In this document: positions 45,991 through 56,697 of the stretch, piece after piece
Layout of the letters: every line of letters starts with the position of its first letter
Numbering within the stretch: the first letter of the stretch is position 1
Assembly: GCA_030587475.2 (NCBI GenBank)
Contig: JAUQYZ020000253.1
Location: 1 to 64,000 of the forward strand
Source of the DNA: Candidatus Sigynarchaeum calidifontis
GTDB taxonomy: Archaea > Asgardarchaeota > Lokiarchaeia > Sigyniarchaeales > Sigyniarchaeaceae
Direction of reading: 5' to 3'
DNA length: 64,000 nt
Made by a program: the position numbers and the translations under genes
The notes under the pieces: model-generated
Database searches by the model: none
What the model saw: only the letters and a program-made list of their open reading frames with translations
Told to the model about the DNA's origin: nothing

Positions 45991-47373
45991 CTACAACTGG
46001 TCGATGGATATTATTTTGATCCCTTCCGCTTTTGAAATGTTGCCGATACGTGTTCCGACGATGGTTTTTACGCCGGATTGGATCGACGCGTCCAGTAACC
46101 GCTGGCTGATGATGCCATCGAACAAGATGTGACGAACTTTGCCACCCTCCTTTTGTAGCTCGTCGACTATCACCGACGTGGGAACCTCCTTAACGGAGTT
46201 GAGGCCCTCATCGTAAAAAATAGCTTTGGTCGTGCCGAGGACACCTTTACTCGCTGCCTTGATGGGATCGGGCACGTCGGAGGGGGAGGCGATCTGCAGC
46301 GGCGTCGGTGACGATACGGCCCTGGACGGGTACGAGTGCCGCTCGCCGAGGTCGGAGCGGTCGCCTCGCTCGCCACGCTTGGGGCGCTCGAACTTTTTCG
46401 GTTTCTTCGTGGGTGGAGCCTTCGACTTTATCCCGCGTTTCTGCCGTGCCTCTTTCTGCGGAGGAGCATGCTCGCGCTCCCTCTCGCGGTCGAAGCCGGG
46501 TTTTTTCCCTTCCAAGCTCGACGTGAAACTTGCCGCGTTGGCGGGCTTGTTGTTGATGTACGGCACCTTGGCTTGGAGCGTCCGCAAGAGATCCTTTTTC
46601 GTGATTTCCTCGACCTCCTTGCCTTCAGGAGCCCTGGCCACGAAATCGATTTTACCGACTTGAAGCAGCTCGTTGAGGATCATGTCGCCGCCGCGATCCC
46701 CGTCGAGTAGCGCGATCGTCGTTTTTTTCTTGCTCAGCTCAGCCACGGTCTTCGGGACACTCGTGCCGTTCGTCGCGATCGCGTTTTTCACGCCGATCTC
46801 GAGCAATCGCAATATGTCGGCCCGCCCCTCGGTGATGATGATCGTGTCTGAAGTATCGATTTCGGGGCCCGCCGGGAGCTTTTCCTCGCCGTAGGCCACG
46901 ATTTCCTCCGCCAAGCGTGACTGGCTCACCTTATCGGTAATCTCCTGGGTCTCGGGTGATACCTCGAGATCCCATTTCTGGAGTAACTGGGTCGCCCGGT
47001 CGATGATCTTATCGCGTTTCGTCTTCCGGACGTCTTCAAGGCTTTCCAGCTTGAACGCGGCCATGCACGGGCCGACCCGGTCGACCGTCTCGATCGTTGC
47101 CGCGAGGATCGCCGTCTCGACCCGGTCGAGCGAGCTCGGGATCGTGATCTTCCCTTTCGTGATGCCGTTCTCGCTGGTCATCTCCACGTTGATGCGACCG
47201 ATGCGACCGCTCTTTTGCAAATCCCTGATATCGAGTTCTTCACCGAGCAAGCCTTCAGTCTGTCCAAATATCGCCCCGACGACGTCACTCTTTTCGACGA
47301 CGCCTTGGATCTCGAACGACGCGGAGATCTCGTATTTTACTGTGCTGAATTCCTGGAATTGCTTGTCTGACAT
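45991..47373 (-). CDS. dnaG: Archaeal DnaG (TOPRIM; exosome-associated)
   Basis: GVVEKSDVVGAIFGQTEGLLG, EGRAD, DGDRGG, DGIISQRL. Confidence 0.95.
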   Translation of the reverse strand: MSDKQFQEFSTVKYEISASFEIQGVVEKSDVVGAIFGQTEGLLGEELDIRDLQKSGRIGRINVEMTSENGITKGKITIPSSLDRVETAILAATIETVDRVGPCMAAFKLESLEDVRKTKRDKIIDRATQLLQKWDLEVSPETQEITDKVSQSRLAEEIVAYGEEKLPAGPEIDTSDTIIITEGRADILRLLEIGVKNAIATNGTSVPKTVAELSKKKTTIALLDGDRGGDMILNELLQVGKIDFVARAPEGKEVEEITKKDLLRTLQAKVPYINNKPANAASFTSSLEGKKPGFDREREREHAPPQKEARQKRGIKSKAPPTKKPKKFERPKRGERGDRSDLGERHSYPSRAVSSPTPLQIASPSDVPDPIKAASKGVLGTTKAIFYDEGLNSVKEVPTSVIVDELQKEGGKVRHILFDGIISQRLLDASIQSGVKTIVGTRIGNISKAEGIKIISIDQL

Positions 47374-48014
47374 TTGTCATTACACCGTCGCATGCACGGC
47401 GGCCTGCAAACCGAAAAAAACATGCAATTCCCGCACCCACGCGGCATCCATTCGAAGACGGGCTAGCTCGCCTGGTCACGCTAGCCCCGGGATGCTTTTC
47501 CCCGCCTTTCAGAGCGAGGCCAACAATGCTCATCTTTCATAAACTTGCACGCGAGGACTATTCTTCTACCGCGTTTGTATTGATTCCGTGAAACAACATG
47601 TGGTGTTGGCGTGAATCAAGTAAACGTGATGGGATGTGTCGAATGTGAGTAATTATCGGGAATTGGTGTTTTTTATTCGGATATTCGATCCGTCTGCAAA
47701 TTCTTTGTGTTTGTTATTGTTTTATCGAACCGTTTTCTGGGTTCCACGAGTAATCGTGAATATGACTGTATGCACGATGATTTAACGTGATTCGGGTGAG
47801 GGATTTACCTTTGTCTTGGGGAATCCCTACGTGGGTATATAATAAACAAATATACATAAACATTGGTTTGATCAAAACATCGCGGCCACGACTCCCGCGA
47901 AGATATCCCGAATTCGATACCTTTAACTCGACAACGAGATTCCAGGATCCTAGCCAGATATCATCAAGAATTGCCAGGACAAGCATTTTCACGCGGGTCA
48001 TTTTCGTGATCTCC

Positions 48015-49040
48015 ATGTCTCCAAAATTGATATTTTTCGGCGGCAAGGGTGGCGTCGGGAAATCGACGACATCAGCAGCAACGGCCGTTTATCTCGCCAA
48101 GCTTAGGCCCGATAAGAAAATTTTTCTCATTAGTTTTGATATCGCCCATAATTTAGGAGACCTGTTTAACATGGAGATCGGGGATAAGATCACCCAGGTT
48201 TTGCCGAATTTATGGGCGATGGAACCGGATGCCGAGCGATATACCGAGGATTTTGTCAAGGTGTTCGTCGAGAAAGCGAAAAAACTCGCCCTCGACATGC
48301 CACTGGTGAAGAAACTCACGAACCTGGAGCAGTATATCGAAGAAAGCTTTTCCGCTGCATCAATCCCACTCGCAGTGAAGAATTCTATCTTTTTTGACCA
48401 GATCTTGGAATCAGAAAATGATTTTGACATGTTTATCGTCGACATGCCGCCTACAGGCAACATGGTCTCGATCTTCGAGGTTCCAAAGACGACAATGCAG
48501 GTTTTCTTGAAGAGCACGCTGGAGACCATGGACAAGGTGCTAGAGTTCGTCGCGGCCATGCGCAGGCTGAATCCGGCAAATTGGTTCCGTCCTGGTGCAA
48601 CCGAGCGGCGAAAGAATCAGGCAGCCGAGCTCCTTGGGATGCTCAAGGAACTCGACCGGCGCAACGATCACATCATGCGCATGCTCAAGACCATGTCGTC
48701 TCTCCGTTTCGTGACCATCGCCGAGCGTCCGAGCTACGAGGAGATCCGGCGTGCTGCCGATCTCGTGAAAAAATACGTGCCGCTCGACGGCGTGGTCATC
48801 AACAAGTTGAACCACGAAGGAATCGATTGCAAGTATTGTGCCACGGAGACCGTCCACCAGAAGAAATATGTCAAGTTGATCGAGGAGGACGAACACTTCA
48901 GGGGCAAAAAAATATGGCAAACCTGGCGCATGGAGGACGAGGTTATCGGGATCGACAAGCTCGAGGAATTTGCCAAGTCATTGTACAAGGACGACACGTT
49001 CGAGATGATCCTTCGCCCGTCGCGACCAGGCGACGTTTGA
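48015..49040 (+). CDS. ArsA/GET3-family ATPase (single domain)
   Basis: GGKGGVGKST, D.AHNLGD, DMPPTG, CKYC. True start ATG 48015, not 47787. Confidence 0.88.
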   Translation: MSPKLIFFGGKGGVGKSTTSAATAVYLAKLRPDKKIFLISFDIAHNLGDLFNMEIGDKITQVLPNLWAMEPDAERYTEDFVKVFVEKAKKLALDMPLVKKLTNLEQYIEESFSAASIPLAVKNSIFFDQILESENDFDMFIVDMPPTGNMVSIFEVPKTTMQVFLKSTLETMDKVLEFVAAMRRLNPANWFRPGATERRKNQAAELLGMLKELDRRNDHIMRMLKTMSSLRFVTIAERPSYEEIRRAADLVKKYVPLDGVVINKLNHEGIDCKYCATETVHQKKYVKLIEEDEHFRGKKIWQTWRMEDEVIGIDKLEEFAKSLYKDDTFEMILRPSRPGDV

Positions 49041-49067
49041 AGTTACGTGAAGTCAAGGTAAAGGAGC

Positions 49068-51185
49068 ATGCCCCTCGCGTTCAACGTCGACCGCATGCAA
49101 GCCCTGGGACGCTCGGGGATCTTGCGCGTGACCGGCACGGGGGATACAAGGGAGAAAACACCCCTTTTCATCCCAACGCTGCACGTACCTTTGCTTGGCT
49201 TGCCCGCGTACGTCCATTTCATCGAAACTCTCGTGACCGCCGGAAAGGTGAAGATGGTACTCGTCCCACCGCAAGCCGACATCTCGATGCTACCGGATGC
49301 CATGGAAAAACACGCGTTCCTTAGCAAGCTCGTGCTCCTCGCGGAGGCACCCGGCACGGCACAGCCCGCAATTCCCCCGTGCGCCTCGAGCATCCCGATT
49401 TTTCGATCGCCCTATCCGTCGACGTCTTTGGACGCTGCCTTCTCGATCGATCACGCGAGACATTTCCTTGAGGCCGTTCAGCGAACTTGGGCCGGCGCTG
49501 CGGGTTCTTTCGCGCTAGCGATCGATGACCACGGCTTTCCCCAAATCCTTGAGGGACTCGATGCCTCGTTCATCAACATGGCCGCGTGGGCATTAGCGGT
49601 CGAATGTTTTGATACCGGCAGCTATGCCATCGACGATCTCGTGCGGAAATCGGTCGCGCTTCACGAGCGCCTCAGGCTCGATATATGTCGCCTCGCGTGG
49701 ACAGCAGCGAAACCGCACCAGTTCAGCCACCTCGTGGCTGCAGGGTTTGATGCCGTCATCGAGACGGGGTATCTTGCCGACGCGAGCAAGGGCATCTATT
49801 ATTTACCCGGCAAGACGTTGCGGATCGACGAATTGACGGAGTTGCCTTGCAGCTGTCCCTATTGCCAGCAACTGGCACCGGCCGGGGGCTCGGCCAAGCT
49901 CGGGACGCTTGGTGATCGCGTGGCACTGTACTCCCACAACATCACGATCGCACTTGACGAAATGGCGCATATACGCCAGGAGATGCGTCTCCGCACGTTC
50001 CGCGATCATCTAGAAACCCGCAACCACGGTAGCGCTTTACTGGCCACGTTCCAGCGCAAGCTCGATGCACGGACGACGGGCATCACCACGACGACCACCG
50101 ACCTCGCTGCCAGGGCATCGATCAACTTCATCGGGGCGGACTCCTACACGCGGCCCGAGGTGATCAAGTTCAGGCACAAGGTCGCCGCGCACTTCCACTT
50201 ACCGCCCCGAACCCGGTGGGTCGTGCTGCTCCCTTGCAGCGCGCACAAGCCATATTCAGACTCGCCGTCCCACGTGCGTTTCGTCGCTGCCATGTCGCGC
50301 GGTTGGAAGGACTGGCGCAGGCACTGCTCGGAGATCATCATCACCTCGCCCATCGGCATCGTCCCCCGCCAGCTCGAGCGCTGTTTCCCCGCGGCACATT
50401 ACGACGTGCCCGTGACGGGTTACTGGGACGAGCAAGAACATCGGTTCTCGGCCAACATGCTCGCCGCCCTCGTCAACGCGCACCTCGCATCGGGCAGCAC
50501 CATCGACGGTATCGTCGCCCACGTCGACGGCGGGTATCGTGGCGCGTGCGAGCTCGCCGTCAAGGAAATCTCAATTCCCTTCACGTTCACGGGGCGCTTC
50601 GAATCCGCCACTTCGCGGGAAGCCCTCGACGCGCTCGCCGCGGCCATGGCCTCCCTTGCTACCAAGACAGAAATCAAGCCATGCGAAAAACCAGTCGGAT
50701 CGCCGCAGGACGAGGACATGCGCGTGCTCGTCGATTACCAGCTCGAGACGCGGGGCGCCGGCAAGGTGCTATTTCCAGGCGCGATCAAGGTGCGGCAGCT
50801 GCAAGGTGTGGTCGTCCAAGCCATCGACAAGACGAGCGGCCAGCCGATGCTCGTCATTGACGGAGGTAGCGGCCACATCACGCTCGATAAACAAGCCGCC
50901 GATAGACTCTGGCAAGCCGCGCGATTGGATCCCACCATCAAGCTCAAGAAAGTACGATTTTGCGACAAGAACATAACTGGCAGCTCCGTGTTTCCGGGCG
51001 GGGTTGACCAGGCTGATGAAAATATTGCAGTCGGCGACGACGTGTTTGTCCACGATAGGGAGGGACGTCTTTTGGCCTACGGCACTGCGGTAGTGCCGGG
51101 ACCTCGCATGAAGGAGATGCACGGCGGTCCCGTCGTGGCTATCGTGAAAAAGCTAGGGGGGAAAACAGGTAATGTTTCCACTTGA
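49068..51185 (+). CDS. arcS: Archaeosine synthase alpha subunit (ArcS; TGT-like, DUF5591 and PUA domains)
   Basis: LPCSCPYC...HN, LLPCSAHKPYS.S.SH, TSPIGIVPR, YDVPVTG.W, C-terminal PUA. Confidence 0.85.
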   Translation: MPLAFNVDRMQALGRSGILRVTGTGDTREKTPLFIPTLHVPLLGLPAYVHFIETLVTAGKVKMVLVPPQADISMLPDAMEKHAFLSKLVLLAEAPGTAQPAIPPCASSIPIFRSPYPSTSLDAAFSIDHARHFLEAVQRTWAGAAGSFALAIDDHGFPQILEGLDASFINMAAWALAVECFDTGSYAIDDLVRKSVALHERLRLDICRLAWTAAKPHQFSHLVAAGFDAVIETGYLADASKGIYYLPGKTLRIDELTELPCSCPYCQQLAPAGGSAKLGTLGDRVALYSHNITIALDEMAHIRQEMRLRTFRDHLETRNHGSALLATFQRKLDARTTGITTTTTDLAARASINFIGADSYTRPEVIKFRHKVAAHFHLPPRTRWVVLLPCSAHKPYSDSPSHVRFVAAMSRGWKDWRRHCSEIIITSPIGIVPRQLERCFPAAHYDVPVTGYWDEQEHRFSANMLAALVNAHLASGSTIDGIVAHVDGGYRGACELAVKEISIPFTFTGRFESATSREALDALAAAMASLATKTEIKPCEKPVGSPQDEDMRVLVDYQLETRGAGKVLFPGAIKVRQLQGVVVQAIDKTSGQPMLVIDGGSGHITLDKQAADRLWQAARLDPTIKLKKVRFCDKNITGSSVFPGGVDQADENIAVGDDVFVHDREGRLLAYGTAVVPGPRMKEMHGGPVVAIVKKLGGKTGNVST

Positions 51186-52263
51186 CTTGGAAGTCATCGC
51201 CCGCGAATGCCGCGACCGCGCGACCCGGAACAAGAAAAAGCTGAATGCGGTTGGCCCGGCAGAAATGGTGCACTCCTGGTTCGCGCCAGCCATGCTCCAT
51301 GGCAAGCGGGGGCACGAGCTCGTGGTCATTTTGCTCACGCGCGGTTGCCGGCATTATTATTCTAACGAGCTCGGCTGCACCATGTGCGGCTATAATAACG
51401 ACAGCGCCGGCGAGCCAGTGCCACCCGAGGCCGTGCTCGCCCAGATCGAGAGTGTACTGGTAAAGCACGACGCGGAATTGCAAATGACCAGCGACGTGGT
51501 GGTCAAGATATTCAATTCTGGTAGTTTTTTTGACGAACTAGAGATTCCAGCCGTGATTCAAGAGAAGATATTGAAACGGGTTGCATTAATGCCCCAGGTG
51601 AAGGAGATCGCCGTGGAATCGCGCCCTGAATTCGTCGACGAGGCGTCCGCCAGGCGTTTCAAGTCGTGCTTGCGTGCGGACCAGGCGGGCGAGGTCGGCA
51701 TGGGGCTGGAAACGTGGAACGACGACGTGAGGGCGAAATTCATCAACAAGGGTTTTACCCGCGAGCAGTTCCTCTCTGCACATGGCACGCTTCAAGCGGC
51801 TGGCATCGGCACGAAGGTCTACTTGCTCCTCAAGCCGCCGTTCCTCGGCGAGCGCGCGGCGTTCGATGACGTGGTGTCGTCGATCGAGCACTTGATGGTG
51901 CTCGGCGTCTCGACCATCTCGATCAACCCCGTCGCCGTCCACGCGCACACGGTCGTGGAAAGGCTGTGGGAACGAGGCGTGTATCGCCCGCCATGGCTAC
52001 GCACCGTCCGGCTCGTGCTCCAGCGCGCGTTCACTTCGCGCGTCCGCGACGAACGGGTACTGCTCATCTGCGACCCGGTCGCGGGGGGAAAGCCCCGCGG
52101 TGCCCACGATTGCAATGACCCCACGTGCAACCAGCGGTCATCGGAGACCATCAGAGCGGCTATCGAAGCCCAGGACACGGTTCCCGGTCTCGATCCCTTG
52201 CAGATAGATGGAAGCGACACGTGTGGTTGCACCATGCAATGGCTCGACGAGATGCGGCTGTAG
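51172..52263 (+). CDS. Archaeosine biosynthesis radical SAM enzyme (RaSEA)
   Basis: TRGC.......GCTMCGY, KIFNSGSF, ESRPE, LKPPFL, YRPPWL, RGAHDC; overlaps arcS. Confidence 0.9.
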   Translation: MFPLDLEVIARECRDRATRNKKKLNAVGPAEMVHSWFAPAMLHGKRGHELVVILLTRGCRHYYSNELGCTMCGYNNDSAGEPVPPEAVLAQIESVLVKHDAELQMTSDVVVKIFNSGSFFDELEIPAVIQEKILKRVALMPQVKEIAVESRPEFVDEASARRFKSCLRADQAGEVGMGLETWNDDVRAKFINKGFTREQFLSAHGTLQAAGIGTKVYLLLKPPFLGERAAFDDVVSSIEHLMVLGVSTISINPVAVHAHTVVERLWERGVYRPPWLRTVRLVLQRAFTSRVRDERVLLICDPVAGGKPRGAHDCNDPTCNQRSSETIRAAIEAQDTVPGLDPLQIDGSDTCGCTMQWLDEMRL

Positions 52264-52328
52264 GAGAAAGGAAAAAAGAGGATTTTTTAAAAACAAATCG
52301 TTTCAACAACGATTTTTTGCACTTTGAT

Positions 52329-55300
52329 TTATTTTACGGGGCAATTCCCGCCGAGGAAGGTGCCTATCTCGGCTCTCAAGGCGTTGAACGCGCGATAATC
52401 CATTTCAGGCTTCCACTCGTTCATAAGGCTTGTCACGCGGGAGAGCAGCGATCTGCCGACCTGGATTTTCGGATTGCTTGGATCCGCGATAGTCAAGTTG
52501 CCGATCGTGAAGCGCAGCAACTCGAAGTAATCGTGGTCCTCGAAGCCATCACGCACGAGCTCGAGCCGGCTCGAAATATAATACCCGCCGCCAGGGGCGA
52601 AATATGTCAATGTTCCGCCGTTCCAACCTTGATAGCCGAGCCCGTCCGCGGTGTTGTAAGGGGTATTGATCGACCAGATCAAGTAATGTGTATAGTTATA
52701 AATGAATGTCTGCCAACCCAAGGCCCGCTGCTGCACCGCAAAACTCGCCGTGTTGATCGTCGGAAACGGGAAGCCCGGTCCACCCGTGGTGTAGATCCAG
52801 ATCTGCTTTCCTGCTGCTTGCCATTCGGCGAAATAATACGGGACGTGTCCGCTCGTGTGGTGCACGATGATATCAACCACATCCCGGATTTCAGGACTAT
52901 CACCCATCGTTTGCATGATCGGGATGGTCATATTCAAGGTATATTTTAACCATCGGTAAAAGGCCAACCAATACGTGATTTCATGTGCCGGGGCCGCATC
53001 GAGCTCATCGCGGCCATTGTAATAGGTCTCATCGTACCATGACGTGTTCCTGCCCATCTCGTCGACGCGCGTCTTTGATTTCAGATGAGCTTCGAGCTGA
53101 GCCCAGTAGGCCGCGATCGTGCTGTTATATTTCGAGCAAGTCGAATACGTGTAAGCATCGTAAGGCGAACCATCGACGATGAACGTTCCTCCTGGTAGCA
53201 CCGCTTGCGGGGAAAACCAGATCCCGAACGTGTTCATCTTCATCGCGTGGTATTTATCGTAAAAGGCGTCCATCGCGGTGAAATTGAGCCCGCTTGGAGT
53301 ACCGTTTGCCTGAATCGAGATGATCTGCGGCAAAGGAGCGTATGTCCACAGCATCATCCGGTGTTCCTGGAAAATCTGCATGGTCTCGTTGAACAAGCTA
53401 GTGTCCTCGGGGATGCCCGAAAGGCCGAAGTTCGAAGCCAACGTGGGCACGTCTGGGAGCTTGAAGTCGAACACTCGCAGCTTGATAATAAACTTGATCG
53501 TCTGGATGTCTGCCCAACCGGAATCCCATTTTTTGTCGACGACGAAAGAGAGATTACCCTCGTACTCGCCCGCTGGTGTAGCCGGGGGAACGTAAAACGT
53601 GAACCACATCGGGTGGTTGAGGCCATCAGCGACAGTCATAGGATAGAACGGCACGAGCCGGTCGGCGATCACGTTGGAAAGTGCTTCCACGTATTCCATG
53701 ACATACGGCTTGAATTTTGCCGCTGCCGGGGAGATGAAAGCAGGCCCCCCGACCTGGTCAAAGCCGGAGAAGCTCACCGCGTATACCGAGAAATGCAGCT
53801 GGTTGATGGGGCGCATCACGATCTGGATGGATTCATACTCGTTCCGCGCCATCTCGATCGGGATCTGGTTGTTGACATTGAATTGAACCCCCGGAACGGC
53901 TCCAGGGAAATAATATCTATCCACCCGGTTAAACGGGCTTGCCAGGTAGAAGATGCAATTGTTGTCGACGTTCGCGAGAACGGGGAAGCTCTGCACGGAC
54001 TGCACCGCGGATCCGATAAAAAACCCCGACACGCCGATGATGGTCAAGACGAACAAGACGCGGGATATCGGGCGGGCCGACGTGGAACCGGTCCTCTTTT
54101 CTTGCGCCAGCCTCGCGGGCGGTGTCGTTGACACCTTTACTTGATTTGACGGGGTAACAGATGCCCTGGCCTTCGGGGGTACGAGCGTTAACATCAAGAA
54201 AGTACCACTGATCGCTGCGGCGGCTAGGAAATAATAAAACGCGTAGTCCGACTCGGGGCTTGACCCCAGGAGAAAGCTCGTCCAGAAACACGTTCCACCG
54301 AGGATGAAGAGGAACGATAGGATCCCGTGCGGCGCGCGTGGATGGAAGCGAATGACCTGGAGCAAGAAAAAGAATTCCATTGCGATGAGCATTGGCGTCA
54401 TGACGTTCGACGCGCGCAGGTAGAGGATCTCCACGCCTGCACTCATCCAGAGGATATACAATGCCAAAATGGTCACGATCCCCGTGGCCCAGACGTGCGC
54501 GTGGGACGCGACATGGGAAATCACGCGATGCAAGAAACTGCCCTCCGAAGTGGCCGATCGCCGGATAGATAGCATCGAGACGAATGCTACTATCCAGGTA
54601 ATGCCAATGGTTACCAGCGCGTCGTCCAGGACGGTTCGCTTGTTCAACACGTAATAAAGTGTCATTACATCCTCGCCTGGCGCAGGGCTCGCGAATCGGA
54701 CGAATTGCAGGGGCCACATGTAGCCGATGATGACCTGGAGAACGATCATTCCCACCACGAAGAAGCCAAAGTTGAACCGGTTTGGACCAGGGAGGGTCGA
54801 CACGCCCGGGAGGGCTTTATCATCATCTAGGACTGGTAGAGGCCTGAAACCCGATCGCCAGACACGGGACATGCCCGCGATCGCCATCACGCCGTACGCC
54901 AGGCCGAGCAACGCGTACTTGACGAGGAGGAGGCCCGCGAGCAGCAGTGCCAGGGAGGCAAGGACTTGCGGAAACAATACCCCCCCGAGCATCGCGTCCC
55001 ACTTTGCCGCCATGGCCGGTGCCTTGCGATAATCTTCCAGCGCGTCAAGGATGCACGCGAAGAAAAACACGTACGAGCAACCCAAGACGAACATGTATAG
55101 CCACGTGTAATATACGGCCGCGTATCCGTACGTGTAAAGCGCCGCTTCGTGATTCCAGCTCGTGATGTAGAACAAGAGGCCGCAAAAGACCAGCATCGAA
55201 CCGAAGGTAGCCGCGGTGATGATCACGCGTAACACGTTCCGCGCCTTCTCGCCCGGGATGCGGAACAATATTGCATAAGCGATGCACCCAGCCAGCGCCC

Positions 55301-55448
55301 CCGTGAACAATACCACCTCCATGAGCCGAAAAAAGTCCAATTGCTTCGCCACCGGGGCGCTGTTGTGATACATCAAGAAGGTAAACGTCCAGTATGCAAA
55401 AGCAAACCCCGCGAGGCGTGATAGCGAGAGCCGTTGAATCGTCGACAT
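52329..55448 (-). CDS. Multi-TM protein fused to a DUF4091/GH123-like glycoside hydrolase domain
   Basis: About 12-13 TMs in the first ~480 aa; ARNEYESIQ, P...PAG.Y.G, DE, W.Y, SRLELVRDGFEDHDY. Confidence 0.75.
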   Translation of the reverse strand: MSTIQRLSLSRLAGFAFAYWTFTFLMYHNSAPVAKQLDFFRLMEVVLFTGALAGCIAYAILFRIPGEKARNVLRVIITAATFGSMLVFCGLLFYITSWNHEAALYTYGYAAVYYTWLYMFVLGCSYVFFFACILDALEDYRKAPAMAAKWDAMLGGVLFPQVLASLALLLAGLLLVKYALLGLAYGVMAIAGMSRVWRSGFRPLPVLDDDKALPGVSTLPGPNRFNFGFFVVGMIVLQVIIGYMWPLQFVRFASPAPGEDVMTLYYVLNKRTVLDDALVTIGITWIVAFVSMLSIRRSATSEGSFLHRVISHVASHAHVWATGIVTILALYILWMSAGVEILYLRASNVMTPMLIAMEFFFLLQVIRFHPRAPHGILSFLFILGGTCFWTSFLLGSSPESDYAFYYFLAAAAISGTFLMLTLVPPKARASVTPSNQVKVSTTPPARLAQEKRTGSTSARPISRVLFVLTIIGVSGFFIGSAVQSVQSFPVLANVDNNCIFYLASPFNRVDRYYFPGAVPGVQFNVNNQIPIEMARNEYESIQIVMRPINQLHFSVYAVSFSGFDQVGGPAFISPAAAKFKPYVMEYVEALSNVIADRLVPFYPMTVADGLNHPMWFTFYVPPATPAGEYEGNLSFVVDKKWDSGWADIQTIKFIIKLRVFDFKLPDVPTLASNFGLSGIPEDTSLFNETMQIFQEHRMMLWTYAPLPQIISIQANGTPSGLNFTAMDAFYDKYHAMKMNTFGIWFSPQAVLPGGTFIVDGSPYDAYTYSTCSKYNSTIAAYWAQLEAHLKSKTRVDEMGRNTSWYDETYYNGRDELDAAPAHEITYWLAFYRWLKYTLNMTIPIMQTMGDSPEIRDVVDIIVHHTSGHVPYYFAEWQAAGKQIWIYTTGGPGFPFPTINTASFAVQQRALGWQTFIYNYTHYLIWSINTPYNTADGLGYQGWNGGTLTYFAPGGGYYISSRLELVRDGFEDHDYFELLRFTIGNLTIADPSNPKIQVGRSLLSRVTSLMNEWKPEMDYRAFNALRAEIGTFLGGNCPVK

Positions 55449-55593
55449 GAGTAATACTTTCGTTCTCTGGCTATTTGTGCGCAGCGAGCGTTCCAGATAC
55501 CTTTATGAACCGCCCCGCCGAAGCTATCCCTGGTAACAAGGGCGTTCGAAAGCCCTCGCCGAATTGGCATGCCGAGTCAAAGCGTGGATCCGG

Positions 55594-56697
55594 ATGAGTA
55601 TCACGACAATGAAGGAGCCAAGACTGGTAATCTTGAGCTTTAGCGAACTTGAATGGTTAAAAAAGAGGATGAAAGGACAAAAGGGAACATTAGGCGGCAT
55701 CGAGACGAACCACAAGAACTTGATGCGTGGACTCGCGGCTCGCGGGCACGTGATCATCGAGAACCGTCCCGTCCCCGAAGGTATGACCCCGGACATCATC
55801 ATCTGCCCCACCTTCGGTCCCTTGGCGCTGATCAACATCTGGCGAAAGAAGAAGAAATACAACTGCGCTTGCGTGCAGCACGCCCACACGACGCCCGAGG
55901 ACATGGAGGGTGGCTTTTTGCCTGCCGGCCTCGGACCGCTGATGCGTGTATATCTCCGCCAGCTTTACCGGTTCAGCGACATCTTGATCACCCCGTCCAA
56001 CTTTTCCAAGCAATCGTTGATCCACCTTGCTATCCCCACCGGCGTGAAGATTATCCCCGTGTCGAACGGCGTCGACTTGACGAAGTTCCGGTACAGCGAC
56101 GAGCGACGGGCCAGGTTCCGCGAGTTCTTGCGAGCGAAGTTCGGGATCGATCCAGCCAAGCCCGTCATCGTCTGCGTCGGCGTGGTATGGGCGCGCAAGG
56201 GGGTGGACGTGTACCACGCGGTCGCAAAGGCGCTGCCGCAATACCATTTCATCTGGGTTGGCCCGTACATCACCACGAAAGCGCTCGTCGATCAATACAG
56301 CGACTTGCAAAATCTCACGTTCACGGGGTTCGTCGATGACATCGTCGACGCGTACTGCGGCTCCGACGTGTTCTTCTTTCCGTCCCGCGCGGAGAACCAG
56401 GGCATCCCGCTGCTCGAAGCGGCAGCTTGCAAGCTACCCATCCTCTGCCGCGACCTGCCAACGTATGACTGGTTGGAGAACGGCGTGCATTGCATCAAGG
56501 AAACGACGACCGAGGGATTCAAGGCCGCGCTCGTGCGATTAATCCAGGACAAGGGGCTGCGGGAGATGCTGGTGTCGAACGCGCTCGAGAACGTGCAGCA
56601 ACACGATTTGGAGCGGATCCTGGACAAGGTCGAGGGCATATACCGGCGCGCTATCAAGCTCCGGAAAATCGTGATCGAGCGGTATCAAAAAAAGTAG
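55594..56697 (+). CDS. Glycosyltransferase family 4 (GT-B)
   Basis: HAHT, NGVD, RKG, FPS..ENQGIPLLEA; start may be 55609. Confidence 0.9.
   Translation: MSITTMKEPRLVILSFSELEWLKKRMKGQKGTLGGIETNHKNLMRGLAARGHVIIENRPVPEGMTPDIIICPTFGPLALINIWRKKKKYNCACVQHAHTTPEDMEGGFLPAGLGPLMRVYLRQLYRFSDILITPSNFSKQSLIHLAIPTGVKIIPVSNGVDLTKFRYSDERRARFREFLRAKFGIDPAKPVIVCVGVVWARKGVDVYHAVAKALPQYHFIWVGPYITTKALVDQYSDLQNLTFTGFVDDIVDAYCGSDVFFFPSRAENQGIPLLEAAACKLPILCRDLPTYDWLENGVHCIKETTTEGFKAALVRLIQDKGLREMLVSNALENVQQHDLERILDKVEGIYRRAIKLRKIVIERYQKK

Noticed and set aside
47787-48014. N-terminal extension of ArsA/GET3
   Set aside because: Non-coding-like, AT-rich sequence; family homology begins at MSPKLIFFGGKGG (48015).
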